Positions 1-10,191 of a stretch of DNA of 64,000 nt are shown one piece after another; position 1 is the first letter of the stretch, and each line of letters starts with the position of its first letter. Where the stretch lies: IMG/VR virus record IMGVR_UViG_3300049043_000112, positions 1 through 64,000 of that record, one strand, 5' to 3'. The notes under the pieces were generated by a model. The model ran no database searches, had not been told where the DNA came from, and saw only the letters and a list, made by a program, of their open reading frames with translations. Position numbers and translations under genes: made by a program.

Positions 1-420
1 GGTATAGGAGCGAGAATGAATCATCTCCATAAACTCCCAGACCTTCATACACGCTTCCAGTTCAGGAAGTGAACAGTATGGAGCAAACGCCATACCAGGT
101 CCTCTTCCCTGAACAGAATCCAGCATAACCTGATACTTTAGGTTGCTGGTAAAGATATGTTTTTGCTCTGGGCGTAGCATATGATAATCGCTACGATCTT
201 TTTGAAGAGAAACCTCTTCGGGTCTCCAGAAATAACCCAATTGTTGTGTTGTTAGTTTATCAAATATTGGATACTTGTAAGAATCATATCTTTGAATCCC
301 TAGTGGTTGTCCAAAAAACATTGGCTGCTTTTTAGTATCCACTTCCTGAGGATTAAAAACGGTCATTGATTCGACCACTGCTTTTTCCTCCAAACCTGTT
401 TTAAATCTTACAAGACTCAC
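1..420 (-). CDS. nrdB: Ribonucleotide reductase class Ia beta subunit (N-terminal part; runs off the window)
   Basis: Translated by hand: MTVFNPQEVDTKKQPMFFGQPLGIQRYDSYKYPIFDKLTTQQLGYFWRPEEVSL. Start is GTG at 420 behind GAGGAAG (or ATG at 366), overlapping the nrdA end. Not in the ORF track. Confidence 0.93.
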   Translation of the reverse strand, partial: MSLVRFKTGLEEKAVVESMTVFNPQEVDTKKQPMFFGQPLGIQRYDSYKYPIFDKLTTQQLGYFWRPEEVSLQKDRSDYHMLRPEQKHIFTSNLKYQVMLDSVQGRGPGMAFAPYCSLPELEACMKVWEFMEMIHSRSYT

Positions 421-2700
421 AATCTTCCTCCTCTGCGTTTTCTAGTTGAGAAATTAAATCTTCAAGAGACTGTTTGGTTTCTTCAACCTCATCAGTCTTA
501 TGGTCATATGTATTTTGATAATAACTGGTTTTCCAGACCGTACTTATATGTAGTTAAAAGGTCTTGTGCCATTACTGAAGTAGGAACTTCATTATCTGGG
601 TAATTTTCTGGATTATAAGACCAGTTTCCAGAAATCGCCTGATCAAAGAATTTTTGCATAACAGCAACAATATGAATGTACCCGCGATTGCTAGGCATAT
701 CCCACAGAAGCGTATAGTTATTTTTAAGTGATTGATACTGGGGAACAATCTGCTTAAGTGGACCCTTCTTGGACTTCTTAATGGACAAGTATCCGCGAGG
801 TGGTTCGATTCCGTTTGTGGCATTTGACACAACGGAACTGCTCTCCGATGGCATCTGTGCGGACAATGTTGAGTTCCGTACACCGTACTGCTTAACCTGT
901 TCTCTAAGACTCTCCCAATCATATTTCAGTTCGTTAGCAACAATTTCATCTACGTCTTTCTTGTATGTATCAATAGGCAAAATTCCCTGTCCATACTTGG
1001 TACGATGAGAATATTCACACGCTCCTTTTTCTTTGGCAAGATTAACTGTTGCCTGGATCAAATAATACTGGAATGCTTCGGTCAGGTCGTGTACCAGTTT
1101 CCAGGCGCCAGGATCATCATAGTGCTCCCCGTGCTTGGCGAGATAATGTGCTAAACCAATAAAACCTACCCCAAGAGAACGACGTGCTCTAGTGGCGATT
1201 TCTGCTGCTTTGACGGGATATCCTTGGAAGTCAATCAGTTCATCCAGAGAACGAACTGAAAGGTCACAGAGACTATCCAGTTCTTCCATTGACTTGAGTT
1301 TGCCAACGTTCACTGCACTCAGAATACAAAGAGCAATTTCGCCATCAGGGTCATCAATATGCTGAATAGGTTTAGTAGGAAGAGTAATCTCCTGGCAAAG
1401 ATTACTCATTTCAACCTTATCCATAAAAGACGAATGAGAATTACAATGATCGATATTCATAATATAAACACGACCCGTTTCTGCTCTTTCTTTTAGAAGA
1501 TTAAGAAATGAGTTCTTGAGCTCCGACAGTTTTTCTTGGAATAGACTGATTTCGTTCATAAGATACATAAAGATCGTCAAATCGATCAGTCCCAAAAGCA
1601 TCATACAAGCCAGGAACGGAATGGGGAGAGAAGAGTGAAACTTCTTCGTTGCGGATGAATCGTTCATAGAAGAGTTTGCTAATTTGGATACTGTAGTCTA
1701 ACTTACGAACCCGATTATCCTCAGTTCCTTTATTATTTTTCAATACTAGGATGTCTTCTATTTCTTGGTGCCAGATTGGGAAGTGGACCGTTGCGCTTCC
1801 ACCTCTGATGCCATTCTGTGTACAGCATCGGACAGTGCTCTCAAACTTCTTGAGGAATGGGATAACCCCAGTATGAGCAACTTCTCCGCCTCTGATTTTG
1901 CTGTTGATGCCACGGATTCTGCCTGCGTTGATACCGATGCCCGCCCTTTGAGCAACATAGCGCATAATCGCCAGGTCGCTACTACCGATGCTATCGAGGG
2001 TGTCATCAACATCAACAAGAACACAACTAGCGTATTGTCGCAGTGGTGTCCTAACTCCTGCCATGATGGGAGTTGGAATGTTGATTTTATGCTTTGAGAT
2101 TGCATCGTAGTACTTCCTAACGTAGTCTAGACGGGTTTCTTTAGGATACTTTGAAAAGATTGTTGCCGCAATCAGAAGGTACATAAACTGTGGAGTTTCA
2201 TAAAGTTCACCAGAACTTCTGTCCTGCACGAGATACTTGTCAACGACCTGGCGTAGACCTGCATAAGTGAACAAATAGTCACGACTATGATCAATAAACG
2301 ACTCAAATTTATCAAACTCTTCATCGGAATACAGAGCAAGAATTTCAGGATCATAGACACCTCTACCAACGGCACGAAGGACGTGCTGCTTCACTGTGGG
2401 ACATTCGTGCATACGACCAAACAACTGCTTGCGGAGGGCAAACAGAAGCAGACGAGCAGCAACGAATTGATAATTAGGGTGGTCTAGATCAATCAAGTCA
2501 GAAGCAGAGCGAATTAAAATTTCTTGAATCTCTCCAGTGGTGATACCATCATAAAATTGGATGCCTGATTGCATCTCCACCTGAGATGCTGATACACCTG
2601 CTAGGTCTTTGCAGGATTCTTCCACCATAACGTGGAGTTTATTTAAATCAAGGGGTTCAGTTTTACCATTTCTCTTAACGACTTTCGTTCCGTTACTCAT
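401..2700 (-). CDS. nrdA: Ribonucleotide reductase class Ia alpha subunit, split by two +1 indels (~1507, ~537)
   Basis: ATP-cone start (VVKRNG), SCVL, SNLCQEI, AQMPSESSS. The corrected C-terminus YGWKTSYYQ...EEEDCESCKI* ends at 401. Track pieces 1501..2712 and 504..1667. Confidence 0.95.
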
Positions 2701-3695
2701 ACCTTCTTCCAATTGTTAAATTTAATTTTTGCTTCTAAACCTGTGTATGTATTTGATTTTAACACATCCATAACATTAAGTCCAGCGAGCACCATATCAT
2801 TAATATCTTTTTGCTCGATGGATGTGGGCCAGATAATTACCTTGTCTCCTCTGTTAATGGTTTTTGATATTCGGTTGACGATTTCTCGATTGCGTGGTTC
2901 GTTATCAAAAACGTAAATATAATTGCGCCAACCAAACGACCCAATATCAACGTCGGACCCACACATAGCAACAGCATTTTTGATAAACGTGGAGTCAAAG
3001 GGTCCTTCAACGATGTAAATGGGTTCCGAAGAATCCACTTTATCGAGTCCATAAATCTTTGGTGCATCATCAGAGAGCATCACGGTAATATATTTAACAG
3101 GGCTAGGTCCGAGTGCTCTTCCCTGAAACCCAATAAAATTAGAGTCAGCATCATACATTGGTATAATAATACGACTCTCATCTCTACCTATAGTGTCAAA
3201 CGTAACTTTTTGGGAGTTTGTCCAATGTTTAAACTTGTCAGCAAAATAAAACTTTTCAGGATCAAGTTGCCTTTTTTCTAGGTATTCTTTGGCAATTGAT
3301 ACTTCTGATGCTTTAGGTAAATCCAACTTTTTCAGGTTTTTGGAATTTTCGCGTTTTGTGAAAAAGTCTGGTTTCTGAAAATTGAACTTGGGTTCCTCAA
3401 CCACAAAGTTTCTACCAGTGTGCCCTTCCTTAAACTTCTCAAGTGTATATTGCTTATGAAGTGTGGGATTTAACTCTTTCAGAAAGTTGTTGAAAGATAA
3501 ACTTGCCCCACAGTTATGACACTTGAAGTTTGTATTGTTCTTGACAGGATAAATGTATCCTCTTGTCTTGTTTTTATTCTTTTGAGAGTCGCCACAAAGA
3601 GGACATCGGAAGTTGTAGAGATCTGCCTTGACTCTCTTGAATTTTTGCAAACGTGACGAAACTAGTCCAATATACTTGGAGTCAATCAAATCCAT
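2697..3695 (-). CDS. gp61: DNA primase
   Basis: Zn finger (CPLCGD...CHNC) and TOPRIM (VEGPFD, FDNEPRN); T4-like position upstream of nrdA. Confidence 0.95.
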   Translation of the reverse strand: MDLIDSKYIGLVSSRLQKFKRVKADLYNFRCPLCGDSQKNKNKTRGYIYPVKNNTNFKCHNCGASLSFNNFLKELNPTLHKQYTLEKFKEGHTGRNFVVEEPKFNFQKPDFFTKRENSKNLKKLDLPKASEVSIAKEYLEKRQLDPEKFYFADKFKHWTNSQKVTFDTIGRDESRIIIPMYDADSNFIGFQGRALGPSPVKYITVMLSDDAPKIYGLDKVDSSEPIYIVEGPFDSTFIKNAVAMCGSDVDIGSFGWRNYIYVFDNEPRNREIVNRISKTINRGDKVIIWPTSIEQKDINDMVLAGLNVMDVLKSNTYTGLEAKIKFNNWKKV

Positions 3696-3704
3696 TATAA
3701 AGAG

Positions 3705-4058
3705 TTACTTTGCTCTTTCTATTGTAGCAGGGGTTAAGGAAGGAGTCAATGCTGGAACAATAGTTGGTGCTAAACCAATTAATACTATCGCAAGTGCAAC
3801 TACACCGCCAATCTGCCAACGGAACTGATATAAGTTATCAATTTTCACTTCCATATCTTCTACTTTCTTACAGAGTTCACCATCATCAGTTTTACACTGC
3901 TCTAAACGCTCATCATGAACAGCAAGCATTTTACAAATATTTTGATTTGTTTCACTTAATGTTTGAATTGCAGTATCAACTTTATCAATAATCTGTTCGT
4001 GCGCCTTAAAACGTTCTTGGAGCACCGCTAGTTGTACTTTAGAATCGTTACTGAACAT
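3705..4058 (-). CDS. Coiled-coil protein with C-terminal transmembrane helix (XhlA/holin-like architecture)
   Basis: MFSNDSKVQLAVLQERF... heptad-rich, followed by WQIGGVVALAIVLIGLA. ATG at 4058 preferred over the track start. Confidence 0.6.
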   Translation of the reverse strand: MFSNDSKVQLAVLQERFKAHEQIIDKVDTAIQTLSETNQNICKMLAVHDERLEQCKTDDGELCKKVEDMEVKIDNLYQFRWQIGGVVALAIVLIGLAPTIVPALTPSLTPATIERAK

Positions 4059-4062
4059 TGTT

Positions 4063-4269
4063 TTATTGTGGTGGTTTCCTTTTTTGCATCCAACGAGAGC
4101 GGGAACCTTTCCCACCATAGATATATTTTTTCTTCGGAGCAGACATTACAGGGTCATATCCCGCAACAGGACCTTTTGGGTCAGCAGCACCAGTAAATCC
4201 ACCGGCACCAGCAACCATACCCTCTTCTTTAAGAGTTCTAATAATAAAAATAACTTTATCAATATCCAT
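4063..4269 (-). CDS. Small hypothetical protein (Gly-rich, basic C-terminus)
   Basis: MDIDKVIFIIRTLKEEGMVAGAGGFTGAADPKGPVAGYD; TAATG coupling to the upstream gene. Confidence 0.7.
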   Translation of the reverse strand: MDIDKVIFIIRTLKEEGMVAGAGGFTGAADPKGPVAGYDPVMSAPKKKYIYGGKGSRSRWMQKRKPPQ

Positions 4270-4639
4270 TAGAGTGCCTGTAACTGAGAAAGACATTCAT
4301 TATCTTCTGGAATATCATGAATTTGAGTTCTAGGATATTCCGGAAACGATTTAAAAATAAAAGAAAACTTTTAATTGATGGCCAGAGTTCACTTTCTAAA
4401 TTATAAAAAAGTAAAGGAACTGTAGCATCATTAAAAACATTAAAAAGTATAATTAAATGATTTAATATTAGGTGGGTTTTGAGTTCACCAGTATTTTTAT
4501 ATCTCTTCAATAATCTTTTAACATACCTAATTCTCTTCAAATCAGTTTCAAAATCCTCCATAGTAATTGCTTGAGGATTTTCATAGAATTTTATAGCAAA
4601 TAACAAATAATTATTTTCATTCAATTCATCAAATCTCAT
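4269..4639 (-). CDS. Conserved T4-like phage hypothetical protein, -1 indel near 4345
   Basis: MRFDELNENNYLLFAIKFYENPQ...HLILNHLIILFNVF. The corrected tail PEYPRTQIHDIPEDNECLSQLQAL* ends at 4269. Confidence 0.75.
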
Positions 4640-4648
4640 ATTACATTA

Positions 4649-5209
4649 TCAGCTATTTGGGAATCTTGCGTTATCAGCAGCGTCAGTAGTTGTAGAAATT
4701 CCACCAGCAACTAATACTTCAGATTTAACTCTGAAGTTTCCGTGCGTATCAACATAAGTTGTAACACCAACCCATCCAGAGTGGGCAACTGCATAAGCAG
4801 CATTCTTACCACCAACAGTTCTACCTGCGGCAACCGTAGTTTCAGTAGAAGTTACACCAAATACTGCAGAGAATCTATTTGATTTTGCATCAGGTGTGAA
4901 ATATTGACCATCTTCAAGAGTGAATTTTGGTTTTTGACTTACAGTATATGCTGCACCAGTAATGGTATTTAATGTGGAATGAGGAATCAAGAATTGTGTT
5001 GAACCAATAGAAAGTAAAGTAGCAGAAGTTATTCCAGTGATTACTGCCTGCCCATATGTTCCACCAACACCAATTGTAATTACATCACCAGTAGAAATAC
5101 CAGCGGTTACAAAAGTGGTTCCAGTTCCGGTAATTGTTTCTGCAGAAAGATTAACGGTTACCGTTCCAGTTAGACTGCTAAAAGATTCTTTATTGCCCCA
5201 AAGAGACAT
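4649..5209 (-). CDS. Probable virion structural protein
   Basis: MSLWGNK start, Thr/Gly-rich beta composition, HSGWVG...RVKSEVLVA tail; late promoter directly upstream. Confidence 0.65.
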   Translation of the reverse strand: MSLWGNKESFSSLTGTVTVNLSAETITGTGTTFVTAGISTGDVITIGVGGTYGQAVITGITSATLLSIGSTQFLIPHSTLNTITGAAYTVSQKPKFTLEDGQYFTPDAKSNRFSAVFGVTSTETTVAAGRTVGGKNAAYAVAHSGWVGVTTYVDTHGNFRVKSEVLVAGGISTTTDAADNARFPNS

Positions 5210-5240
5210 GTGCCTTACCTATAAATTCTTTTTCTATTCA

Positions 5241-5248
5241 TATTTATA
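5241..5248 (-). promoter_or_regulatory. T4-type late promoter TATAAATA
   Basis: Exact TATAAATA about 30 nt upstream of the ATG at 5209. Confidence 0.8.
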
Positions 5249-5276
5249 AAAAAAGGAGACCTTAAGTTTGGTCTCC
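5248..5276 (-). terminator. Rho-independent terminator
   Basis: GGAGACC-AAACTTAA-GGTCTCC followed by a T run. Confidence 0.8.
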
Positions 5277-5295
5277 AATTATTTTTTAAATTAAC

Positions 5296-5476
5296 TTAGG
5301 GAGTAATATCTTTTGCACCCTTTTTCTTTAGTTGCTCTTAAGCTTGAAGAAGAATAAGTGAAAGAATACCGTTAGATTTTACTTTTGGGTTTGCTCCTAG
5401 TGCTTCTGAAACTGCAAACAGAACGGTTGCAATTAAAGTCTTGATTAGCAAGACACCAAGCGACGAGTGCTGACAT
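5296..5476 (-). CDS. Small membrane protein (holin-like), with a +1 indel (~5447) and an in-frame TAA (5338-5340)
   Basis: MSALVAWCLANQ-LIATVLFAVSEALGANPKVKSNGILSLILLQA*EQLKKKGAKDITP; CCTAAATA late-like box at 5506-5513. Not in the ORF track. Confidence 0.65.
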
Positions 5477-5515
5477 AATAACCTCCTATAAAGAGTATCC
5501 TGTCCTATTTAGGAA

Positions 5516-7007
5516 TCAGTCTCTTGGAGAATGCATCATATCTTGTGCTCTTTGAGCAGCAGCACGACGCATTGCTACTTTTTGTTCTGGCGATCTAGGT
5601 CCACCATATTCACCAGCGGTTGGTGGTTTCTTACCAGGAACTTTTTTTTCACCTCTTGGTTTAACACCCATTCTACCCGTACCCATAGATTTAGCAACTA
5701 ATTCAAATGCTCGGTCACGGGGTTTTCTTGGAGTTTCTGATACCTTATCTTCCTTTCTTCTTTCATCAATTTGTTCTACTTCTTCAGCAGCAACCATTAC
5801 AATAGGATTTCTTGCTCCTCTAAATCTTGCAGCGGTTTTAGCAAGATTTACTGCTGTTGGAATTGAACGGGGATCCATTTTTTTATCTTTAATCCCCATT
5901 TTATCTTTATCTTCACATCCACCGTCTGCTGCTTCTTCTACTTTTTCAGGAAGACCCTTATGCTTTGTTTTAGCAAATTTCTTTGCTTCTTTCTTGGTCA
6001 TACCTTTAGCAGCTGCTGCTACTTCTGGAGATGCTGCCTTTTCACCTTTCTTAGCAGCATAAACCATTCCCATAAAACGCTGCTGTGCTTTACTGAGTGC
6101 CTTCTCTGATAATACAGGTCCTTCCATTTCATGGTGAGCAACTTGCATATAAGAAGTTACATTTCTTCCAACACCAGTTCCAGGAACTTCTGGATTAAGT
6201 TTAACAGTGTTTTTACCCTTCATCACATCAATTTGCTTATTATTTGCATCTTGATTAGATTTTTCATCATTTACTTCACCAAGAAATTCTTCAGATACAC
6301 CACCCTTCTTTGCAATTGCAGCACCACGAACATCTCTACGATGCTTCAAATACTTATCAGTCTTATCTACTTTACCATCATTATTTACGTCAGAATCTTC
6401 TTTGCCAACGGATCTAATTTTTCACCACGCTTTGCTCTTGCAGTCTGTTCACCTTTTTTCTTTCACCCTCATAAGGTTCACCATATCCCGTCATTTCAAC
6501 AGATTCAATATTTGGATTGGCACGAAGAGCACTAATCTTATCACGAGTTGCGTATCTTACATATGAACGACCATCTTTACCAGTAACTCTTACCTTATAC
6601 TTTCTATGTTCGGAAGACTCTAACTTTTCCATATAAGTTAGAACAATCGGTTCTTCTTCTTTTTGAACACCTTCAACAAATACCTTATATAATGCAGTTG
6701 CTACACTATTTGAAGCAAACTCTTCGATGTTAAAATCTTCTGCTTGCATTCCACCTTTACCAAATAACTTCTGCTTTACTATAGTCTTTTCTTGCTGACT
6801 CATATTACTATTTTGCATATATTGCGAATATGCCTGACGAAGAGGAAGTTCTTCTCTTCTGGCACGATAACGAATATCGTAAATTGCTTGCTTTGCTCTT
6901 TTTTCGGGAGACTTTCCACCTGCTTCCTTTTTATCTCCAGCAGCATCTGCATCCGCTGCAGGAGCGTGTTTTCTTGCTGGAAGCTCTTCAGCAATATGTT
7001 TTTTCAT
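5516..7007 (-). CDS. Modular, charged late protein (~497 aa; probable head-internal protein), two -1 indels near 6455 and 6410
   Basis: Joining 6414..7007 and 5516..6349 gives ...[46 protein letters not shown]...; CATAAATA at 7040-7047. Confidence 0.7.
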
Positions 7008-7016
7008 GAGTAAACT

Positions 7017-8322
7017 TTACTTCTTACTTTTTCTATACTTATTTATGAAATCAATTCCGTAAGCGACTCCACCAGGTTGAAGATTTTCTTTCCCAGTACC
7101 AACTGCTCCTGGAGTTTGTTTTGCAGCGTATTTGAAATATCCAGTAGTTCCAATTAATGTATTAGGTTTTCCAGGTTGTCTATACATTTTATCCATTTTA
7201 ACTTCAGTATATTCAACCAAATCTTTAATCCAAGATTTAAACATTTGACCAGATTCTGTTACACAGATAAGATAATTGGTACCTCTACGAATAATACGTC
7301 CTATTAATCCAGTATTTAAGTTTTCTACTTTTTCACCAAGTTTAAAAATTGTTTCTGTAAGATAATTTTCACGCAGATTTTGATAATCAAACTTTGGAGC
7401 AATTTGCCATATGTCCCAACCTTCCTTAACATTCATTGAACCACGAAGAATATTGAATAATTCTTTTGCCTCTGAAGGTTTGACTTCGGGAGGAAGACCG
7501 GATCTAAATGTTTTAAAATCTCCTTCTGCGGCAGCAAGTCTCATTCTTGATGCAGACATTCCTTCTACACCTTTTGCATCAGGGTCCCTATCGCCAGATG
7601 AAACGACTTCAATGTTATCAAAGTTATAAAGTTGTCCATTATATTGGTTAGAAAGTTTTTCAAACTCCTTGACTCTATCTGCACCACCAATAATTCTTAC
7701 ACCAGCATATCCATTATTATGTGCCATTTTGAGCACGTCAAATATAGTTTTAGTATTTGCATCATTAACAATATTTCCTGCATGATTTGGATAAAACTTT
7801 TGCATATAAGCAATCTTTGTATCGGGATCTAATGGATTCTTTTTCTTGTCCTGACTTCTTGAAGGAAAGATAAGATACTGCCCATCCTTATCCTGTGATG
7901 CTGCTTGTGCTGCAGTATCCATTAATTGTTGATGCCCAATTGTCAGGGGGATTGAAACGTCCAAAAGCAACAGTAAGAGTTCCTTTTGTTTTAGGTACAG
8001 GAAGATACTGTGCTGGCGGTTGTTCCTGGGATGCTTGTTGTTCAGGTGCTGGTGCTTGTTGTTGCGCTGCTGCTTGCTGCTGAACTAATGCTGGATCAGG
8101 TATATCCAGGAGATGCAATTGTTTTTTCTTTTTCAGTCTGTGCTGGATCTTTTCACCAACTCTCTGTCGCTTATTATAAAACTTTAATTTTCCACCTTCT
8201 GTTTTTGCTACGAATTCTCCCTGCTTATCATACCATCCACCATGACCGTCTCCAACAAGTCCAAGACGCTGTGCTTGCTGAGAGGCAGATGCTTCTGTTA
8301 TGAATTGGAAAAAACTTTTCAT
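7017..8322 (-). CDS. Cytidyltransferase-like (HxGH superfamily) nucleotidyltransferase, +1 indel near 7945
   Basis: Joining 7888..8322 and 7017..7970 restores TVAFGRFNPPTIGH; also GGADRV and MSASRMR. N-terminus is MKSFFQFITE. Confidence 0.85.
7040..7047 (-). promoter_or_regulatory. Late promoter variant CATAAATA
   Basis: 33 nt upstream of the ATG at 7007. Confidence 0.6.
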
Positions 8323-8374
8323 TATCTATTAAATATGTATCCAGTTACTCTTATATTATGTATTTATTATTATT

Positions 8375-9376
8375 TTATATCAATCCGACAAATTTACTTC
8401 TAGGAAATAGTTTAACATTTCCAGTAAGTCTAGATTTATATACGGCTTGTACTCTTAATCCTGCAAAATCTTTTCTACCTGCTAATCCTGCTGTTCTACT
8501 CGAATCTTTTCTTATTAAAATATATGGATCTTCACTAGAAGATTTTATTTGTTGTAAATTATTATACAATTTAACACAATTAACTTTTAAAATTAAATTA
8601 TTTTCATCCCAAGTAAAATGACTATCACCTGAAAATGTCTGTTTAACAATGGCACCATTCCCTAATATATCAGATCCAAATACAAAATTTGTTTTTTCAT
8701 AATCTGTAGTAGGAATGGCTATACCACTAATACCAAATCCAAAATCAACTTTGTTACCTATTCTTTTTATTTGTATTTCACCTTGCTCCTCCAGTGTTTC
8801 TAAAATAGAAACTGCTTGAGAACCATAAATTGTATCTGCAGATTCCCAAAATTCAGCAGTAGATTTTTTTAATGAAACTCTAAAAGTAGGAGCATTTAGT
8901 CTAAGCAAATTTACGTCAGATTTTTTTCTACCAGCAGTATCAGATCCAGAAGCTTCTGCAATTAAAACATTATCAACAACTACTGTTCTTCCAGATCCAG
9001 AAAAAACAACTGTTATTGTATGAAATGCTCCATATCCAGTATCAAGATATTTGTTAATTCCATTAACAAAGGCAATTTCCTTACCGATTCCAGCAGATTT
9101 ACTTCCTTGTCTAGATGCTGGTCGAGTAAAAACAATTTTATCACCAATCTGAACAACACCCAATGATGATACTTGATTTCCACCCTTACCATTTACCAAA
9201 GGTGTTTGATAACTAGGATTATAAAAAGCGCCTTTATCTTTGAATATTTCTGCAACTCTCCTCAAAACTGCTGATCTATCACCATCTGCCAATATTGCAA
9301 TACGATTTGCAGTTTTATTTTTAAAATTTATATATCCTAATTTTCTTAAAACTAATTCTATTTCAGGAATAGTCAT
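8375..9376 (-). CDS. Hypothetical protein, possible PD-(D/E)xK nuclease fold
   Basis: KKSDV-x(9)-RVSLKK resembles the D...(S/E)xK catalytic motif; AT-rich; ACTAAATA at 9401-9408. Confidence 0.5.
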   Translation of the reverse strand: MTIPEIELVLRKLGYINFKNKTANRIAILADGDRSAVLRRVAEIFKDKGAFYNPSYQTPLVNGKGGNQVSSLGVVQIGDKIVFTRPASRQGSKSAGIGKEIAFVNGINKYLDTGYGAFHTITVVFSGSGRTVVVDNVLIAEASGSDTAGRKKSDVNLLRLNAPTFRVSLKKSTAEFWESADTIYGSQAVSILETLEEQGEIQIKRIGNKVDFGFGISGIAIPTTDYEKTNFVFGSDILGNGAIVKQTFSGDSHFTWDENNLILKVNCVKLYNNLQQIKSSSEDPYILIRKDSSRTAGLAGRKDFAGLRVQAVYKSRLTGNVKLFPRSKFVGLI

Positions 9377-9407
9377 TCAAATTAAGTTAACTTTTTAAAA
9401 TATTTAG

Positions 9408-9487
9408 TGCCCAAGAGAGGACTCGAACCTCCACGCCGAAGCACATGATCCTAAGTCATGCGTGTATACCAGTTTCACCACTTGGGC
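9408..9487 (-). tRNA. tRNA-Leu (anticodon TAG), CCA not encoded
   Basis: Acceptor stem GCCCAAG/CTTGGGC, anticodon arm CATGA-CTTAGGA-TCATG, variable arm, GGTTCGAGTCC T-loop. Confidence 0.93.
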
Positions 9488-9489
9488 AA

Positions 9490-9562
9490 TGGAGATAAGG
9501 AGACTCGAACTCCTGACATCAGCCTTGCAAAGACCGCGCTCTACCAACTGAGCTATATCCCC
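9490..9562 (-). tRNA. tRNA-Ala (anticodon TGC), CCA not encoded
   Basis: GGGGATATAGCTCAGTTGGTAGAGCGC...TTTGCAA...GTTCGAGTC...ATCTCCA, 73 nt. Confidence 0.95.
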
Positions 9563-9577
9563 AATAAGACCATTATA

Positions 9578-9985
9578 TCACCGAAGTGGCATAAGGTCAA
9601 ATAATTCTGGATGAAGTTGTCCGTATTTTCTCATTAATTCACCTGCTTTTGCATTCGCCTGATTTTCTGTCGGACTACCAGCATGAGAACTCTTATGGTC
9701 AAGACCTTTCTCCATGTGTTGTTTGTAGTGAACATACTCATGAGCAAGAGTTCTTAATATATCCATAGGATGACGATTAATAATGCTCAAATGAATTACA
9801 TTTTCTTTTGAAATTTCACCAAATGCAGCAATTCGTTTAGCAAAATCTGTATCATCTACAAGAATGACTGGAATATCATAAGTGAGGCGAAGTTCTCTTT
9901 TTAAAAAGACCTGAAATTTTTTAAGAATCAAATCAAATTGAATCTTTGTAGTTGGTCTTCCTTTTCGCTTTCCAATCAAAGACAT
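9578..9985 (-). CDS. Small zinc metalloprotease-like protein (HExxH)
   Basis: RTLAHEYVHYKQ plus a downstream E..A helix (TENQANAKAG). Confidence 0.7.
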   Translation of the reverse strand: MSLIGKRKGRPTTKIQFDLILKKFQVFLKRELRLTYDIPVILVDDTDFAKRIAAFGEISKENVIHLSIINRHPMDILRTLAHEYVHYKQHMEKGLDHKSSHAGSPTENQANAKAGELMRKYGQLHPELFDLMPLR

Positions 9986-9997
9986 TTTTTAAAATAT

Positions 9998-10191
9998 TTA
10001 TTCTGGGTCAATTGCACAAGCAATTTTATCATCAAGATCGTAAATTACATTACGAATTTCGGAGATACGGGGAGGAACACTTGTTTGATTATAAGTATAT
10101 CCTTCTTGTGCATCAAAAAGAACTTGACGAACTGCTGCAGCAGAACGAAGATCCATTTCAATTTTTACTGTTAGTTCCTTTTTTTAGTCAT
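9998..10191 (-). CDS. Small hypothetical protein (homopolymer indels)
   Basis: MTKKELTVKIEMDLRSAAAVRQVL..DAQEGYTY..VPPRISEIRNVIYDLDDKI; ATGA overlap with mazG. Not in the ORF track. Confidence 0.55.

Noticed and set aside
9408-9487. tRNA with TAG anticodon as an amber suppressor
   Set aside because: Anticodon 5'-UAG-3' reads CUA (Leu); an amber suppressor would need anticodon CUA.
7017-9562. Cytidyltransferase as a CCA-adding enzyme for the adjacent CCA-less tRNAs
   Set aside because: It has the HxGH Rossmann-type signature, not the polymerase-beta-type DxD motif of tRNA nucleotidyltransferases.
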